The translations under genes and the position numbers were made by a program. Below the pieces are notes generated by a model. The model was given only the letters and a program-made list of their open reading frames with translations, had not been told where the DNA came from and ran no database searches. Below are positions 39,501 to 54,000 of a DNA stretch of 64,000 bases, piece after piece. The stretch is from the human T2T-CHM13v2.0 reference genome, Homo sapiens, in assembly GCF_009914755.1 (NCBI RefSeq), contig NC_060936.1, one strand, 5' to 3'. The stretch's first letter is position 1; each line of letters begins with the position of its first letter.

Positions 39501-42099
39501 TTCTAGCGTTCTATGAAGAAATCCCGTTTCCAACGAAGGCCCCAAAGAGGTCCAAATATCTGCTTGCAGACTTTACAGACAGAGTGTTTCCAAACTACTC
39601 TATGAAAAGAAAGCTTAAACTCCTTGAGTTGAACGCACACATCACAAAGTAGTTTCTGAGAATGATTCTGTCTAGTTTTTATACGAAGATGTTTCCTTTT
39701 CTACATTTGGTCTCAAAGCGATTGAAATCTCCAACTGGAAACTGCACAAATAGGGTGTTTCAAATCTGCTCTGTCTAAAGGAAGGTTCAACTCTGTGAGT
39801 TGAATACACACACCACAAATAAGTTACTGAGAATTCTTCTGTCGAACATTACATGAAGAAATCCCGTTTCCAACGAAGGCCTCAAAGACGTCCAAATATC
39901 CACTTGCAGACATTACAAACAGAGTGTTTCCAAACTGCTCCATCAAAAGAAAGGTTAAACTCTGTGAGCTGAACACACACATCAAAAAGAAGTTTCTGTG
40001 AATGATTCTGTCTAGATTTTATAAGAAGATGTTTCCTTTTCTACCGTAGGCCTCAAAGCGCTTGAAATCTCCAGCTGCAAATTCCACAAAAAGGGTGTTT
40101 AACATCTGCTCTTCTAAAGGAAAGTTCAACTCTATGAGTTGAATACACACAGCACAAAGAAGTTACTGAGACTTCTTCTGTCTAACATTATATGAAGAAA
40201 TCCCGTTTCCAACGAAGGCCTCAAAGAGGTCCAAATATCTGCCTGCAGACTTTACAGACAGAGTGTTTCCAAACTGCTCCATCAAAAGAAAGGTTAAACT
40301 CCTTGAGTTGAACACACACATCACAAAGTAGTTTCTGTGAATGATTCTGTCTAGTTTTTATACGAAGATGTTTCCTTTTCTACCTTTGGTCTCAAAGCGA
40401 TTGAAATCTCCACATGGAAACTCCACAAAAAGAGTGTTTCAAATCTGCTCTTTCTGAAGGAAGGTTCATCTCTGTGAGTTGAATACACACACCACAAATA
40501 AGTTACTGAGAATTCTTCTGTGTAACATTATATGAGGAAATCCCGTTTCCAACGAAGGCCTCAAAGAGGTCCAAATATCCACTTGCAGACTTTACAAAGA
40601 CAGTGTCTCCAAACTCCTCCATCAAAAGAAAGGTTATACTCTGTGAATTGAACGCACACATCACAAAGTAGTTTCTGAGAATGATTCTGTCTAGTTTTTA
40701 TACGAAGATATTTCCTTTTCTACATTTGGCCTAAAAGCGCTTGAAATCTCCACCTGCAAATATCACAAAAAGAGGGTTTCACATCTGCTCTGTCTAAAGG
40801 ACAGTTCACCTCTGTGAGTTGAATAGAGGCAACACAAAGAACTTACTCAGTATTCTTCTTTCTAGCGTTCTATGAAGAAATCCCGTTTCCAACGAAGGCC
40901 CTAAAGAGGTCCAAATATCTGCTTGCAGACTTTACAGACAGAGTGTTTCCAAACTACTCTATGAAAAGAAAGCTTAAACTCCTTGAGTTGAACGCACACA
41001 TCACAAAGTAGTTTCTGAGAATGATTCTGTCTAGTTGTTATACGAAGATGTTTCCTTTTCTACATTTGGTCTCAAAGCGATTGAAATCTCCAACTGGAAA
41101 CTGCACAAATAGGGTGTTTCAAATCTGCTCTGTCTAAAGGAAGGTTCAACTCTGTGAGTTGAATACACACACCACAAATAAGTTACTGAGAATTCTTCTG
41201 TCGAACATTACTTGAAGAAATCCCGTTTCCAACGAAGGCCTCAAAGCGGTCCAAATATCCACTTGCAGACATTACAAACAGAGTGTTTCCAAACTGCTCC
41301 ATCAAAAGAAAGGTTAAACTCTGTGAGCTGAACACACACATCAAAAAGAAGTGTCTGTGAATGATTCTGTCTAGATTTTATAAGAAGATGTTTCCTTTTC
41401 TACCGTAGGTCTCAAAGCGCTTGAAATCTCCAGCTGCAAATTCCACAAAAAGGGTGTTTAACATCTGCTCTTCTAAAGGAAAGTTCAACTCTATGAGTTG
41501 AATACACACAGCACAAAGAAGTTACTGAGACTTCTTCTGTCTAACATTATATGAAGAAATCCCGTTTCCAACGAAGGCCTCAAAGAGGTCCAAATATCTG
41601 CTTGCAGACTTTACAGACAGAGTGTTTCCAAACTGCTCCATCAAAAGAAAGGTTAAACTCCTTGAGTTGAACACACACATCACAAAGTAGTTTCTGTGAA
41701 TGATTCTGTCTAGTTTTTATACGAAGATGTTTCCTTTTCTACCTTTGGTCTCAAAGCGATTGAAATCTCCACATGGAAACTCCACAAAAAGAGTGTTTCA
41801 AATCTGCTCTTTCTGAAGGAAGGTTCATCTCTGTGAGTTGAATACACACACCACAAATAAGTTACTGAGAATTCTTCTGTGTAACATTATATGAGGAAAT
41901 CCCGTTTCCAACGAAGGCCTCAAAGAGGTCCAAATATCCACTTGCAGACTTTACAAAGACAGTGTCTCCAAACTCCTCCATCAAAAGAAAGGTTATACTC
42001 TGTGAATTGAACGCACACATCACAAAGTAGTTTCTGAGAATGATTCTGTCTAGTTTTTATACGAAGATATTTCCTTTTCTACATTTGGCCTAAAAGCGC

Positions 42100-45000
42100 T
42101 TGAAATCTCCACCTGCAAATATCACAAAAAGAGGGTTTCACATCTGCTCTGTCTGAAGGACAGTTCACCTCTGTGAGTTGAATAGAGGCAACACAAAGAA
42201 CTTACTCAGTATTCTTCTTTCTAGCGTTCTATGAAGAAATCCCGTTTCCAACGAAGGCCTCAAAGAGGTCCAAATATCTGCTTGCAGACTTAACAGACAG
42301 AGTGTTTCCAAACTACTCTATGAAAAGAAAGCTTAAACTCCTTGAGTTGAACGCACACATCACAAAGTAGTTTCTGAGAACGATTCTGTCTAGTTTTTAT
42401 ACGAAGATGTTTCCTTTTCTACATTTGGTCTCAAAGCGATTGAAATCTCCAACTGGAAACTGCACAAATAGGGTGTTTCAAATCTGCTCTGTCTAAAGGA
42501 AGGTTCAACTCTGTGAGTTGAATACACACACCACAAATAAGTTACTGAGAATTCTTCTGTCGAACATTACTTGAAGAAATCCCGTTTCCAATGAAGGCCT
42601 CAAAGAGGTCCAAATAACCACTTGCAGACATTACAAACAGAGTGTTTCCAAACTGCTCCATCAAAAGAAAGGTTAAACTCTGTGAGCTGAACACACACAT
42701 AAAAAAGAAGTTTCTGTGAATGATTCTGTCTAGATTTTATAAGAAGATGTTTCCTTTTCTACCGTAGGCCTCAAAGCGCTTGAAATCTCCAGCTGCAAAT
42801 TCCACAAAAAGGGTGTTTAACATCTGCTCTTCTAAAGGAAAGTTCAACTCTATGAGTTGAATACACACAGCACAAAGAAGTTACTGAGACTTCTTCTGTC
42901 TAACATTATATGAAGAAATCCCGTTTCCATCGAAGGCCTCAAAGAGGTCCAAATATCTGCTTGCAGACTTTACAGACAGAGTGTTTCCAAACTGCTCCAT
43001 CAAAAGAAAGGTTAAACTCCTTGAGTTGAACACACACATCACAAAGTAGTTTCTGTGAATGATTCTGTCTAGTTTTTATACGAAGATGTTTCCTTTTCTA
43101 CCTTTGGTCTCAAAGCGATTGAAATCTCCACATGGAAACTCCACAAAAAGAGTGTTTCAAATCTGCTCTTTCTGAAGGAAGGTTCATCTCTGTGAGTTGA
43201 ATACACACACCACAAATAAGTTACTGAGAATTCTTCTGTGTAACATTATATGAGGAAATCCCGTTTCCAACGAAGGCCTCAAAGAGATCCAAATATCCAC
43301 TTGCAGACTTTACAAAGACAGTGTCTCCAAACTCCTCCATCAAAAGAAAGGTTATACTCTGTGAATTGAACGCACACATCACAAAGTAGTTTCTGAGAAT
43401 GATTCTGTCTAGTTTTTATACGAAGATATTTCCTTTTCTACATTTGGCCTAAAAGCGCTTGAAATCTCCACCTGCAAATATCACAAAAAGAGGGTTTCAC
43501 ATCTGCTCTGTCTAAAGGACAGTTCACCTCTGTGAGTTGAATAGAGGCAACACAAAGAACTTACTCAGTATTCTTCTTTCTAGCGTTCTATGAAGAAATC
43601 CCGTTTCCAACGAAGGCCCCAAAGAGGTCCAAATATCTGCTTGCAGACTTTACAGACAGAGTGTTTCCAAACTACTCTATGAAAAGAAAGCTTAAACTCC
43701 TTGAGTTGAACGCACACATCACAAAGTAGTTTCTGAGAATGATTCTGTCTAGTTTTTATACGAAGATGTTTCCTTTTCTACATTTGGTCTCAAAGCGATT
43801 GAAATCTCCAACTGGAAACTGCACAAATAGGGTGTTTCAAATCTGCTCTGTCTAAAGGAAGGTTCAACTCTGTGAGTTGAATACACACACCACAAATAAG
43901 TTACTGAGAATTCTTCTGTCGAACATTACATGAAGAAATCCCGTTTCCAACGAAGGCCTCAAAGACGTCAAAATATCCACTTGCAGACATTACAAACAGA
44001 GTGTTTCCAAACTGCTCCATCAAAAGAAAGGTTAAACTCTGTGAGCTGAACACACACATCAAAAAGAAGTTTCTGTGAATGATTCTGTCTAGATTTTATA
44101 AGAAGATGTTTCCTTTTCTACCGTAGGCCTCAAAGCGCTTGAAATCTCCAGCTGCAAATTCCACAAAAAGGGTGTTTAACATCTGCTCTTCTAAAGGAAA
44201 GTTCAACTCTATGAGTTGAATATACACAGCACAAAGAAGTTACTGAGACTTCTCCTATCAAACATTATATGAAGAAATCCCGTTTCCAACGAAGGCCTCA
44301 AAGAGGTCCAAATATCTGCTTGCAGACTTTACAGACAGAGTGTTTCCAAACTGCTCCATCAAAAGAAAGGTTAACCTCCTTGAGTTGAACACACACATCA
44401 CAAAGTAGTTTCTGTGAATGATTCTGTCTAGTTTTTATACGAAGATGTTTCCTTTTCTACCTTTGGTCTCAAAGCGATTGAAATCTCCACATGGAAACTC
44501 CACAAAAAGAGTGTTTCAAATCTGCTCTTTCTGAAGGAAGGTTCATCTCTGTGAGTTGAATACACACACCACAAATAAGTTACTGAGAATTCTTCTGTGT
44601 AACATTATATGAGGAAATCCCGTTTCCAACGAAGGCCTCAAAGAGGTCCAAATATCCACTTGCAGACTTTACAAAGACAGTGTCTCCAAACTCCTCCATC
44701 AAAAGAAAGGTTATACTCTGTGAATTGAACGCACACATCACAAAGTAGTTTCTGAGAATGATTCTGTCTAGTTTTTATACGAAGATATTTCCTTTTCTAC
44801 ATTTGGCCTAAAAGCGCTTGAAATCTCCACCTGCAAATATCACAAAAAGAGGGTTTCACATCTGCTCTGTCTGAAGGACAGTTCACCTCTGTGAGTTGAA
44901 TAGAGGCAACACAAAGAACTTACTCAGTATTCTTCTTTCTAGCGTTCTATGAAGAAATCCCGTTTCCAACGAAGGCCTCAAAGAGGTCCAAATATCTGCT

Positions 45001-48000
45001 TGCAGACTTAACAGACAGAGTGTTTCCAAACTACTCTATGAAAAGAAAGCTTAAACTCCTTGAGTTGAACGCACACATCACAAAGTAGTTTCTGAGAACG
45101 ATTCTGTCTAGTTTTTATACGAAGATGTTTCCTTTTCTACATTTGGTCTCAAAGCGATTGAAATCTCCAACTGGAAACTGCACAAATAGGGTGTTTCAAA
45201 TCTGCTCTGTCTAAAGGAAGGTTCAACTCTGTGAGTTGAATACACACACCACAAATAAGTTACTGAGAATTCTTCTGTCGAACATTACTTGAAGAAATCC
45301 CGTTTCCAATGAAGGCCTCAAAGAGGTCCAAATAACCACTTGCAGACATTACAAACAGAGTGTTTCCAAACTGCTCCATCAAAAGAAAGGTTAAACTCTG
45401 TGAGCTGAACACACACATAAAAAAGAAGTTTCTGTGAATGATTCTGTCTAGATTTTATAAGAAGATGTTTCCTTTTCTACCGTAGGCCTCAAAGCGCTTG
45501 AAATCTCCAGCTGCAAATTCCACAAAAAGGGTGTTTAACATCTGCTCTTCTAAAGGAAAGTTCAACTCTATGAGTTGAATACACACAGCACAAAGAAGTT
45601 ACTGAGACTTCTTCTGTCTAACATTATATGAAGAAATCCCGTTTCCATCGAAGGCCTCAAAGAGGTCCAAATATCTGCTTGCAGACTTTACAGACAGAGT
45701 GTTTCCAAACTGCTCCATCAAAAGAAAGGTTAAACTCCTTGAGTTGAACACACACATCACAAAGTAGTTTCTGTGAATGATTCTGTCTAGTTTTTATACG
45801 AAGATGTTTCCTTTTCTACCTTTGGTCTCAAAGCGATTGAAATCTCCACATGGAAACTCCACAAAAAGAGTGTTTCAAATCTGCTCTTTCTGAAGGAAGG
45901 TTCATCTCTGTGAGTTGAATACACACACCACAAATAAGTTACTGAGAATTCTTCTGTGTAACATTATATGAGGAAATCCCGTTTCCAACGAAGGCCTCAA
46001 AGAGGTCCAAATATCCACTTGCAGACTTTACAAAGACAGTGTCTCCAAACTCCTCCATCAAAAGAAAGGTTATACTCTGTGAATTGAACGCACACATCAC
46101 AAAGTAGTTTCTGAGAATGATTCTGTCTAGTTTTTATACGAAGATATTTCCTTTTCTACATTTGGCCTAAAAGCGCTTGAAATCTCCACCTGCAAATATC
46201 ACAAAAAGAGGGTTTCACATCTGCTCTGTCTAAAGGACAGTTCACCTCTGTGAGTTGAATAGAGGCAACACAAAGAACTTACTCAGTATTCTTCTTTCTA
46301 GCGTTCTATGAAGAAATCCCGTTTCCAACGAAGGCCCCAAAGAGGTCCAAATATCTGCTTGCAGACTTTACAGACAGAGTGTTTCCAAACTACTCTATGA
46401 AAAGAAAGCTTAAACTCCTTGAGTTGAACGCACACATCACAAAGTAGTTTCTGAGAATGATTCTGTCTAGTTTTTATACGAAGATGTTTCCTTTTCTACA
46501 TTTGGTCTCAAAGCGATTGAAATCTCCAACTGGAAACTGCACAAATAGGGTGTTTCAAATCTGCTCTGTCTAAAGGAAGGTTCAACTCTGTGAGTTGAAT
46601 ACACACACCACAAATAAGTTACTGAGAATTCTTCTGTCGAACATTACATGAAGAAATCCCGTTTCCAACGAAGGCCTCAAAGACGTCAAAATATCCACTT
46701 GCAGACATTACAAACAGAGTGTTTCCAAACTGCTCCATCAAAAGAAAGGTTAAACTCTGTGAGCTGAACACACACATCAAAAAGAAGTTTCTGTGAATGA
46801 TTCTGTCTAGATTTTATAAGAAGATGTTTCCTTTTCTACCGTAGGCCTCAAAGCGCTTGAAATCTCCAGCTGCAAATTCCACAAAAAGGGTGTTTAACAT
46901 CTGCTCTTCTAAAGGAAAGTTCAACTCTATGAGTTGAATATACACAGCACAAAGAAGTTACTGAGACTTCTCCTATCAAACATTATATGAAGAAATCCCG
47001 TTTCCAACGAAGGCCTCAAAGAGGTCCAAATATCTGCTTGCAGACTTTACAGACAGAGTGTTTCCAAACTGCTCCATCAAAAGAAAGGTTAAACTCCTTG
47101 AGTTGAACACACACATCACAAAGTAGTTTCTGTGAATGATTCTGTCTAGTTTTTATACGAAGATGTTTCCTTTTCTACCTTTGGTCTCAAAGCGATTGAA
47201 ATCTCCACATGGAAACTCCACAAAAAGAGTGTTTCAAATCTGCTCTTTCTGAAGGAAGGTTCATCTCTGTGAGTTGAATACACACACCACAAATAAGTTA
47301 CTGAGAATTCTTCTGTGTAACATTATATGAGGAAATCCCGTTTCCAACGAAGGCCTCAAAGAGGTCCAAATATCCACTTGCAGACTTTACAAAGACAGTG
47401 TCTCCAAACTCCTCCATCAAAAGAAAGGTTATACCCTGTGAATTGAACGCACACATCAGAAAGTAGTTTCTGAGAATGATTCTGTCTGGTTTTTATACGA
47501 AGATATTTCCTTTTCTACATTTGGCCTAAAAGCGCTTGAAATCTCCACCTGCAAATATCACAAAAAGAGGGTTTCACATCTGCTCTGTCTAAAGGACAGT
47601 TCACCTCTGTGAGTTGAATAGAGGCAACACAAAGAACTTACTCAGTATTCTTCTTTCTAGCGTTCTATGAAGAAATCCCGTTTCCAACGAAGGCCCCAAA
47701 GAGGTCCAAATATCTGCTTGCAGACTTTACAGACAGAGTGTTTCCAAACTACTCTATGAAAAGAAAGCTTAAACTCCTTGAGTTGAACGCACACATCACA
47801 AAGTAGTTTCTGAGAATGATTCTGTCTAGTTTTTATACGAAGATGTTTCCTTTTCTACATTTGGTCTCAAAGCGATTGAAATCTCCAACTGGAAACTGCA
47901 CAAATAGGGTGTTTCAAATCTGCTCTGTCTAAAGGAAGGTTCAACTCTGTGAGTTGAATACACACACCACAAATAAGTTACTGAGAATTCTTCTGTCGAA

Positions 48001-51000
48001 CATTACTTGAAGAAATCCCGTTTCCAATGAAGGCCTAAAAGAGGTCCAAATAACCACTTGCAGACATTACAAACAGAGTGTTTCCAACCTGCTCCATCAA
48101 AAGAAAGGTTAAACTCTGTGAGCTGAACACACACATCAAAAAGAAGTTTCTGTGAATGATTCTGTCTAGATTTTATAAGAAGATGTCTCCTTTTCTACCG
48201 TAGGCCTCAAAGCGCTTGAAATCTCCAGCTGCAAATTCCACAAAAAGGGTGTTTAACATCTGCTCTTCTAAAGGAAAGTTCAACTCTATGAGTTGAATAC
48301 ACACAGCACAAAGAAGTTACTGAGACTTCTTCTGTCTAACATTATATGAAGAAATCCCGTTTCCAACGAAGGCCTCAAAGAGGTCCAAATATCTGCTTGC
48401 AGACTTTACAGACAGAGTGTTTCCAAACTGCTCCATCAAAAGAAAGGTTAAACTCCTTGAGTTGAACACACACATCACAAAGTAGTTTCTGTGAATGATT
48501 CTGTCTAGTTTTTATACGAAGATGTTTCCTTTTCTACCTTTGGTCTCAAAGCGATTGAAATCTCCACATGGAAACTCCACAAAAAGAGTGTTTCAAATCT
48601 GCTCTTTCTGAAGGAAGGTTCATCTCTGTGAGTTGAATACACACACCACAAATAAGTTACTGAGAATTCTTCTGTGTAACATTATATGAGGAAATCCCGT
48701 TTCCAACGAAGGCCTCAAAGAGATCCAAATATCCACTTGCAGACTTTACAAAGACAGTGTCTCCAAACTCCTCCATCAACAGAAAGGTTATACTCTGAAT
48801 TGAACGCACACATCACAAAGTAGTTTCTGAGAATGATTCTGTCTAGTTTTTATACGAAGATATTTCCTTTTCTACATTTGGCCTAAAAGCGCTTGAAATC
48901 TCCACCTGCAAATATCACAAAAACAGGGTTTCACATCTGCTCTGTCTAAAGGACAGTTCACCTCTGTGAGTTGAATAGAGGCAACACAAAGAACTTACTC
49001 AGTATTCTTCTTTCTAGCGTTCTATGAAGAAATCCCGTTTCCAACGAAGGCCCCAAAGAGGTCCAAATATCTGCTTGCAGACTTTACAGACAGAGTGTTT
49101 CCAAACTACTCTATGAAAAGAAAGCTTAAACTCCTTGAGTTGAACGCACACATCACAAAGTAGTTTCTGAGAATGATTCTGTCTAGTTTTTATACGAAGA
49201 TGTTTCCTTTTCTACATTTGGTCTCAAAGCGATTGAAATCTCCAACTGGAAACTGCACAAATAGGGTGTTTCAAATCTGCTCTGTCTAAAGGAAGGTTCA
49301 ACTCTGTGAGTTGAATACACACACCACAAATAAGTTACTGAGAATTCTTCTGTCGAACATTACATGAAGAAATCCCGTTTCCAACGAAGGCCTCAAAGAC
49401 GTCAAAATATCCACTTGCAGACATTACAAACAGAGTGTTTCCAAACTGCTCCATCAAAAGAAAGGTTAAACTCTGTGAGCTGAACACACACATCAAAAAG
49501 AAGTTTCTGTGAATGATTCTGTCTAGATTTTATAAGAAGATGTTTCCTTTTCTACCGTAGGCCTCAAAGCGCTTGAAATCTCCAGCTGCAAATTCCACAA
49601 AAAGGGTGTTTAACATCTGCTCTTCTAAAGGAAAGTTCAACTCTATGAGTTGAATATACACAGCACAAAGAAGTTACTGAGACTTCTCCTATCAAACATT
49701 ATATGAAGAAATCCCGTTTCCAACGAAGGCCTCAAAGAGGTCCAAATATCTGCTTGCAGACTTTACAGACAGAGTGTTTCCAAACTGCTCCATCAAAAGA
49801 AAGGTTAACCTCCTTGAGTTGAACACACACATCACAAAGTAGTTTCTGTGAATGATTCTGTCTAGTTTTTATACGAAGATGTTTCCTTTTCTACCTTTGG
49901 TCTCAAAGCGATTGAAATCTCCACATGGAAACTCCACAAAAAGAGTGTTTCAAATCTGCTCTTTCTGAAGGAAGGTTCATCTCTGTGAGTTGAATACACA
50001 CACCACAAATAAGTTACTGAGAATTCTTCTGTGTAACATTATATGAGGAAATCCCGTTTCCAACGAAGGCCTCAAAGAGGTCCAAATATCCACTTGCAGA
50101 CTTTACAAAGACAGTGTCTCCAAACTCCTCCATCAAAAGAAAGGTTATACTCTGTGAATTGAACGCACACATCACAAAGTAGTTTCTGAGAATGATTCTG
50201 TCTAGTTTTTATACGAAGATATTTCCTTTTCTACATTTGGCCTAAAAGCGCTTGAAATCTCCACCTGCAAATATCACAAAAAGAGGGTTTCACATCTGCT
50301 CTGTCTGAAGGACAGTTCACCTCTGTGAGTTGAATAGAGGCAACACAAAGAACTTACTCAGTATTCTTCTTTCTAGCGTTCTATGAAGAAATCCCGTTTC
50401 CAACGAAGGCCTCAAAGAGGTCCAAATATCTGCTTGCAGACTTAACAGACAGAGTGTTTCCAAACTACTCTATGAAAAGAAAGCTTAAACTCCTTGAGTT
50501 GAACGCACACATCACAAAGTAGTTTCTGAGAACGATTCTGTCTAGTTTTTATACGAAGATGTTTCCTTTTCTACATTTGGTCTCAAAGCGATTGAAATCT
50601 CCAACTGGAAACTGCACAAATAGGGTGTTTCAAATCTGCTCTGTCTAAAGGAAGGTTCAACTCTGTGAGTTGAATACACACACCACAAATAAGTTACTGA
50701 GAATTCTTCTGTCGAACATTACTTGAAGAAATCCCGTTTCCAATGAAGGCCTCAAAGAGGTCCAAATAACCACTTGCAGACATTACAAACAGAGTGTTTC
50801 CAAACTGCTCCATCAAAAGAAAGGTTAAACTCTGTGAGCTGAACACACACATAAAAAAGAAGTTTCTGTGAATGATTCTGTCTAGATTTTATAAGAAGAT
50901 GTTTCCTTTTCTACCGTAGGCCTCAAAGCGCTTGAAATCTCCAGCTGCAAATTCCACAAAAAGGGTGTTTAACATCTGCTCTTCTAAAGGAAAGTTCAAC

Positions 51001-54000
51001 TCTATGAGTTGAATACACACAGCACAAAGAAGTTACTGAGACTTCTTCTGTCTAACATTATATGAAGAAATCCCGTTTCCATCGAAGGCCTCAAAGAGGT
51101 CCAAATATCTGCTTGCAGACTTTACAGACAGAGTGTTTCCAAACTGCTCCATCAAAAGAAAGGTTAAACTCCTTGAGTTGAACACACACATCACAAAGTA
51201 GTTTCTGTGAATGATTCTGTCTAGTTTTTATACGAAGATGTTTCCTTTTCTACCTTTGGTCTCAAAGCGATTGAAATCTCCACATGGAAACTCCACAAAA
51301 AGAGTGTTTCAAATCTGCTCTTTCTGAAGGAAGGTTCATCTCTGTGAGTTGAATACACACACCACAAATAAGTTACTGAGAATTCTTCTGTGTAACATTA
51401 TATGAGGAAATCCCGTTTCCAACGAAGGCCTCAAAGAGATCCAAATATCCACTTGCAGACTTTACAAAGACAGTGTCTCCAAACTCCTCCATCAAAAGAA
51501 AGGTTATACTCTGTGAATTGAACGCACACATCACAAAGTAGTTTCTGAGAATGATTCTGTCTAGTTTTTATACGAAGATATTTCCTTTTCTACATTTGGC
51601 CTAAAAGCGCTTGAAATCTCCACCTGCAAATATCACAAAAAGAGGGTTTCACATCTGCTCTGTCTAAAGGACAGTTCACCTCTGTGAGTTGAATAGAGGC
51701 AACACAAAGAACTTACTCAGTATTCTTCTTTCTAGCGTTCTATGAAGAAATCCCGTTTCCAACGAAGGCCCCAAAGAGGTCCAAATATCTGCTTGCAGAC
51801 TTTACAGACAGAGTGTTTCCAAACTACTCTATGAAAAGAAAGCTTAAACTCCTTGAGTTGAACGCACACATCACAAAGTAGTTTCTGAGAATGATTCTGT
51901 CTAGTTTTTATACGAAGATGTTTCCTTTTCTACATTTGGTCTCAAAGCGATTGAAATCTCCAACTGGAAACTGCACAAATAGGGTGTTTCAAATCTGCTC
52001 TGTCTAAAGGAAGGTTCAACTCTGTGAGTTGAATACACACACCACAAATAAGTTACTGAGAATTCTTCTGTCGAACATTACATGAAGAAATCCCGTTTCC
52101 AACGAAGGCCTCAAAGACGTCAAAATATCCACTTGCAGACATTACAAACAGAGTGTTTCCAAACTGCTCCATCAAAAGAAAGGTTAAACTCTGTGAGCTG
52201 AACACACACATCAAAAAGAAGTTTCTGTGAATGATTCTGTCTAGATTTTATAAGAAGATGTTTCCTTTTCTACCGTAGGCCTCAAAGCGCTTGAAATCTC
52301 CAGCTGCAAATTCCACAAAAAGGGTGTTTAACATCTGCTCTTCTAAAGGAAAGTTCAACTCTATGAGTTGAATATACACAGCACAAAGAAGTTACTGAGA
52401 CTTCTCCTATCAAACATTATATGAAGAAATCCCGTTTCCAACGAAGGCCTCAAAGAGGTCCAAATATCTGCTTGCAGACTTTACAGACAGAGTGTTTCCA
52501 AACTGCTCCATCAAAAGAAAGGTTAAACTCCTTGAGTTGAACACACACATCACAAAGTAGTTTCTGTGAATGATTCTGTCTAGTTTTTATACGAAGATGT
52601 TTCCTTTTCTACCTTTGGTCTCAAAGCGATTGAAATCTCCACATGGAAACTCCACAAAAAGAGTGTTTCAAATCTGCTCTTTCTGAAGGAAGGTTCATCT
52701 CTGTGAGTTGAATACACACACCACAAATAAGTTACTGAGAATTCTTCTGTGTAACATTATATGAGGAAATCCCGTTTCCAACGAAGGCCTCAAAGAGGTC
52801 CAAATATCCACTTGCAGACTTTACAAAGACAGTGTCTCCAAACTCCTCCATCAAAAGAAAGGTTATACTCTGTGAATTGAACGCACACATCAGAAAGTAG
52901 TTTCTGAGAATGATTCTGTCTGGTTTTTATACGAAGATATTTCCTTTTCTACATTTGGCCTAAAAGCGCTTGAAATCTCCACCTGCAAATATCACAAAAA
53001 GAGGGTTTCACATCTGCTCTGTCTAAAGGACAGTTCACCTCTGTGAGTTGAATAGAGGCAACACAAAGAACTTACTCAGTATTCTTCTTTCTAGCGTTCT
53101 ATGAAGAAATCCCGTTTCCAACGAAGGCCCCAAAGAGGTCCAAATATCTGCTTGCAGACTTTACAGACAGAGTGTTTCCAAACTACTCTATGAAAAGAAA
53201 GCTTAAACTCCTTGAGTTGAACGCACACATCACAAAGTAGTTTCTGAGAATGATTCTGTCTAGTTTTTATACGAAGATGTTTCCTTTTCTACATTTGGTC
53301 TCAAAGCGATTGAAATCTCCAACTGGAAACTGCACAAATAGGGTGTTTCAAATCTGCTCTGTCTAAAGGAAGGTTCAACTCTGTGAGTTGAATACACACA
53401 CCACAAATAAGTTACTGAGAATTCTTCTGTCGAACATTACTTGAAGAAATCCCGTTTCCAATGAAGGCCTAAAAGAGGTCCAAATAACCACTTGCAGACA
53501 TTACAAACAGAGTGTTTCCAACCTGCTCCATCAAAAGAAAGGTTAAACTCTGTGAGCTGAACACACACATCAAAAAGAAGTTTCTGTGAATGATTCTGTC
53601 TAGATTTTATAAGAAGATGTCTCCTTTTCTACCGTAGGCCTCAAAGCGCTTGAAATCTCCAGCTGCAAATTCCACAAAAAGGGTGTTTAACATCTGCTCT
53701 TCTAAAGGAAAGTTCAACTCTATGAGTTGAATACACACAGCACAAAGAAGTTACTGAGACTTCTTCTGTCTAACATTATATGAAGAAATCCCGTTTCCAA
53801 CGAAGGCCTCAAAGAGGTCCAAATATCTGCTTGCAGACTTTACAGACAGAGTGTTTCCAAACTGCTCCATCAAAAGAAAGGTTAAACTCCTTGAGTTGAA
53901 CACACACATCACAAAGTAGTTTCTGTGAATGATTCTGTCTAGTTTTTATACGAAGATGTTTCCTTTTCTACCTTTGGTCTCAAAGCGATTGAAATCTCCA

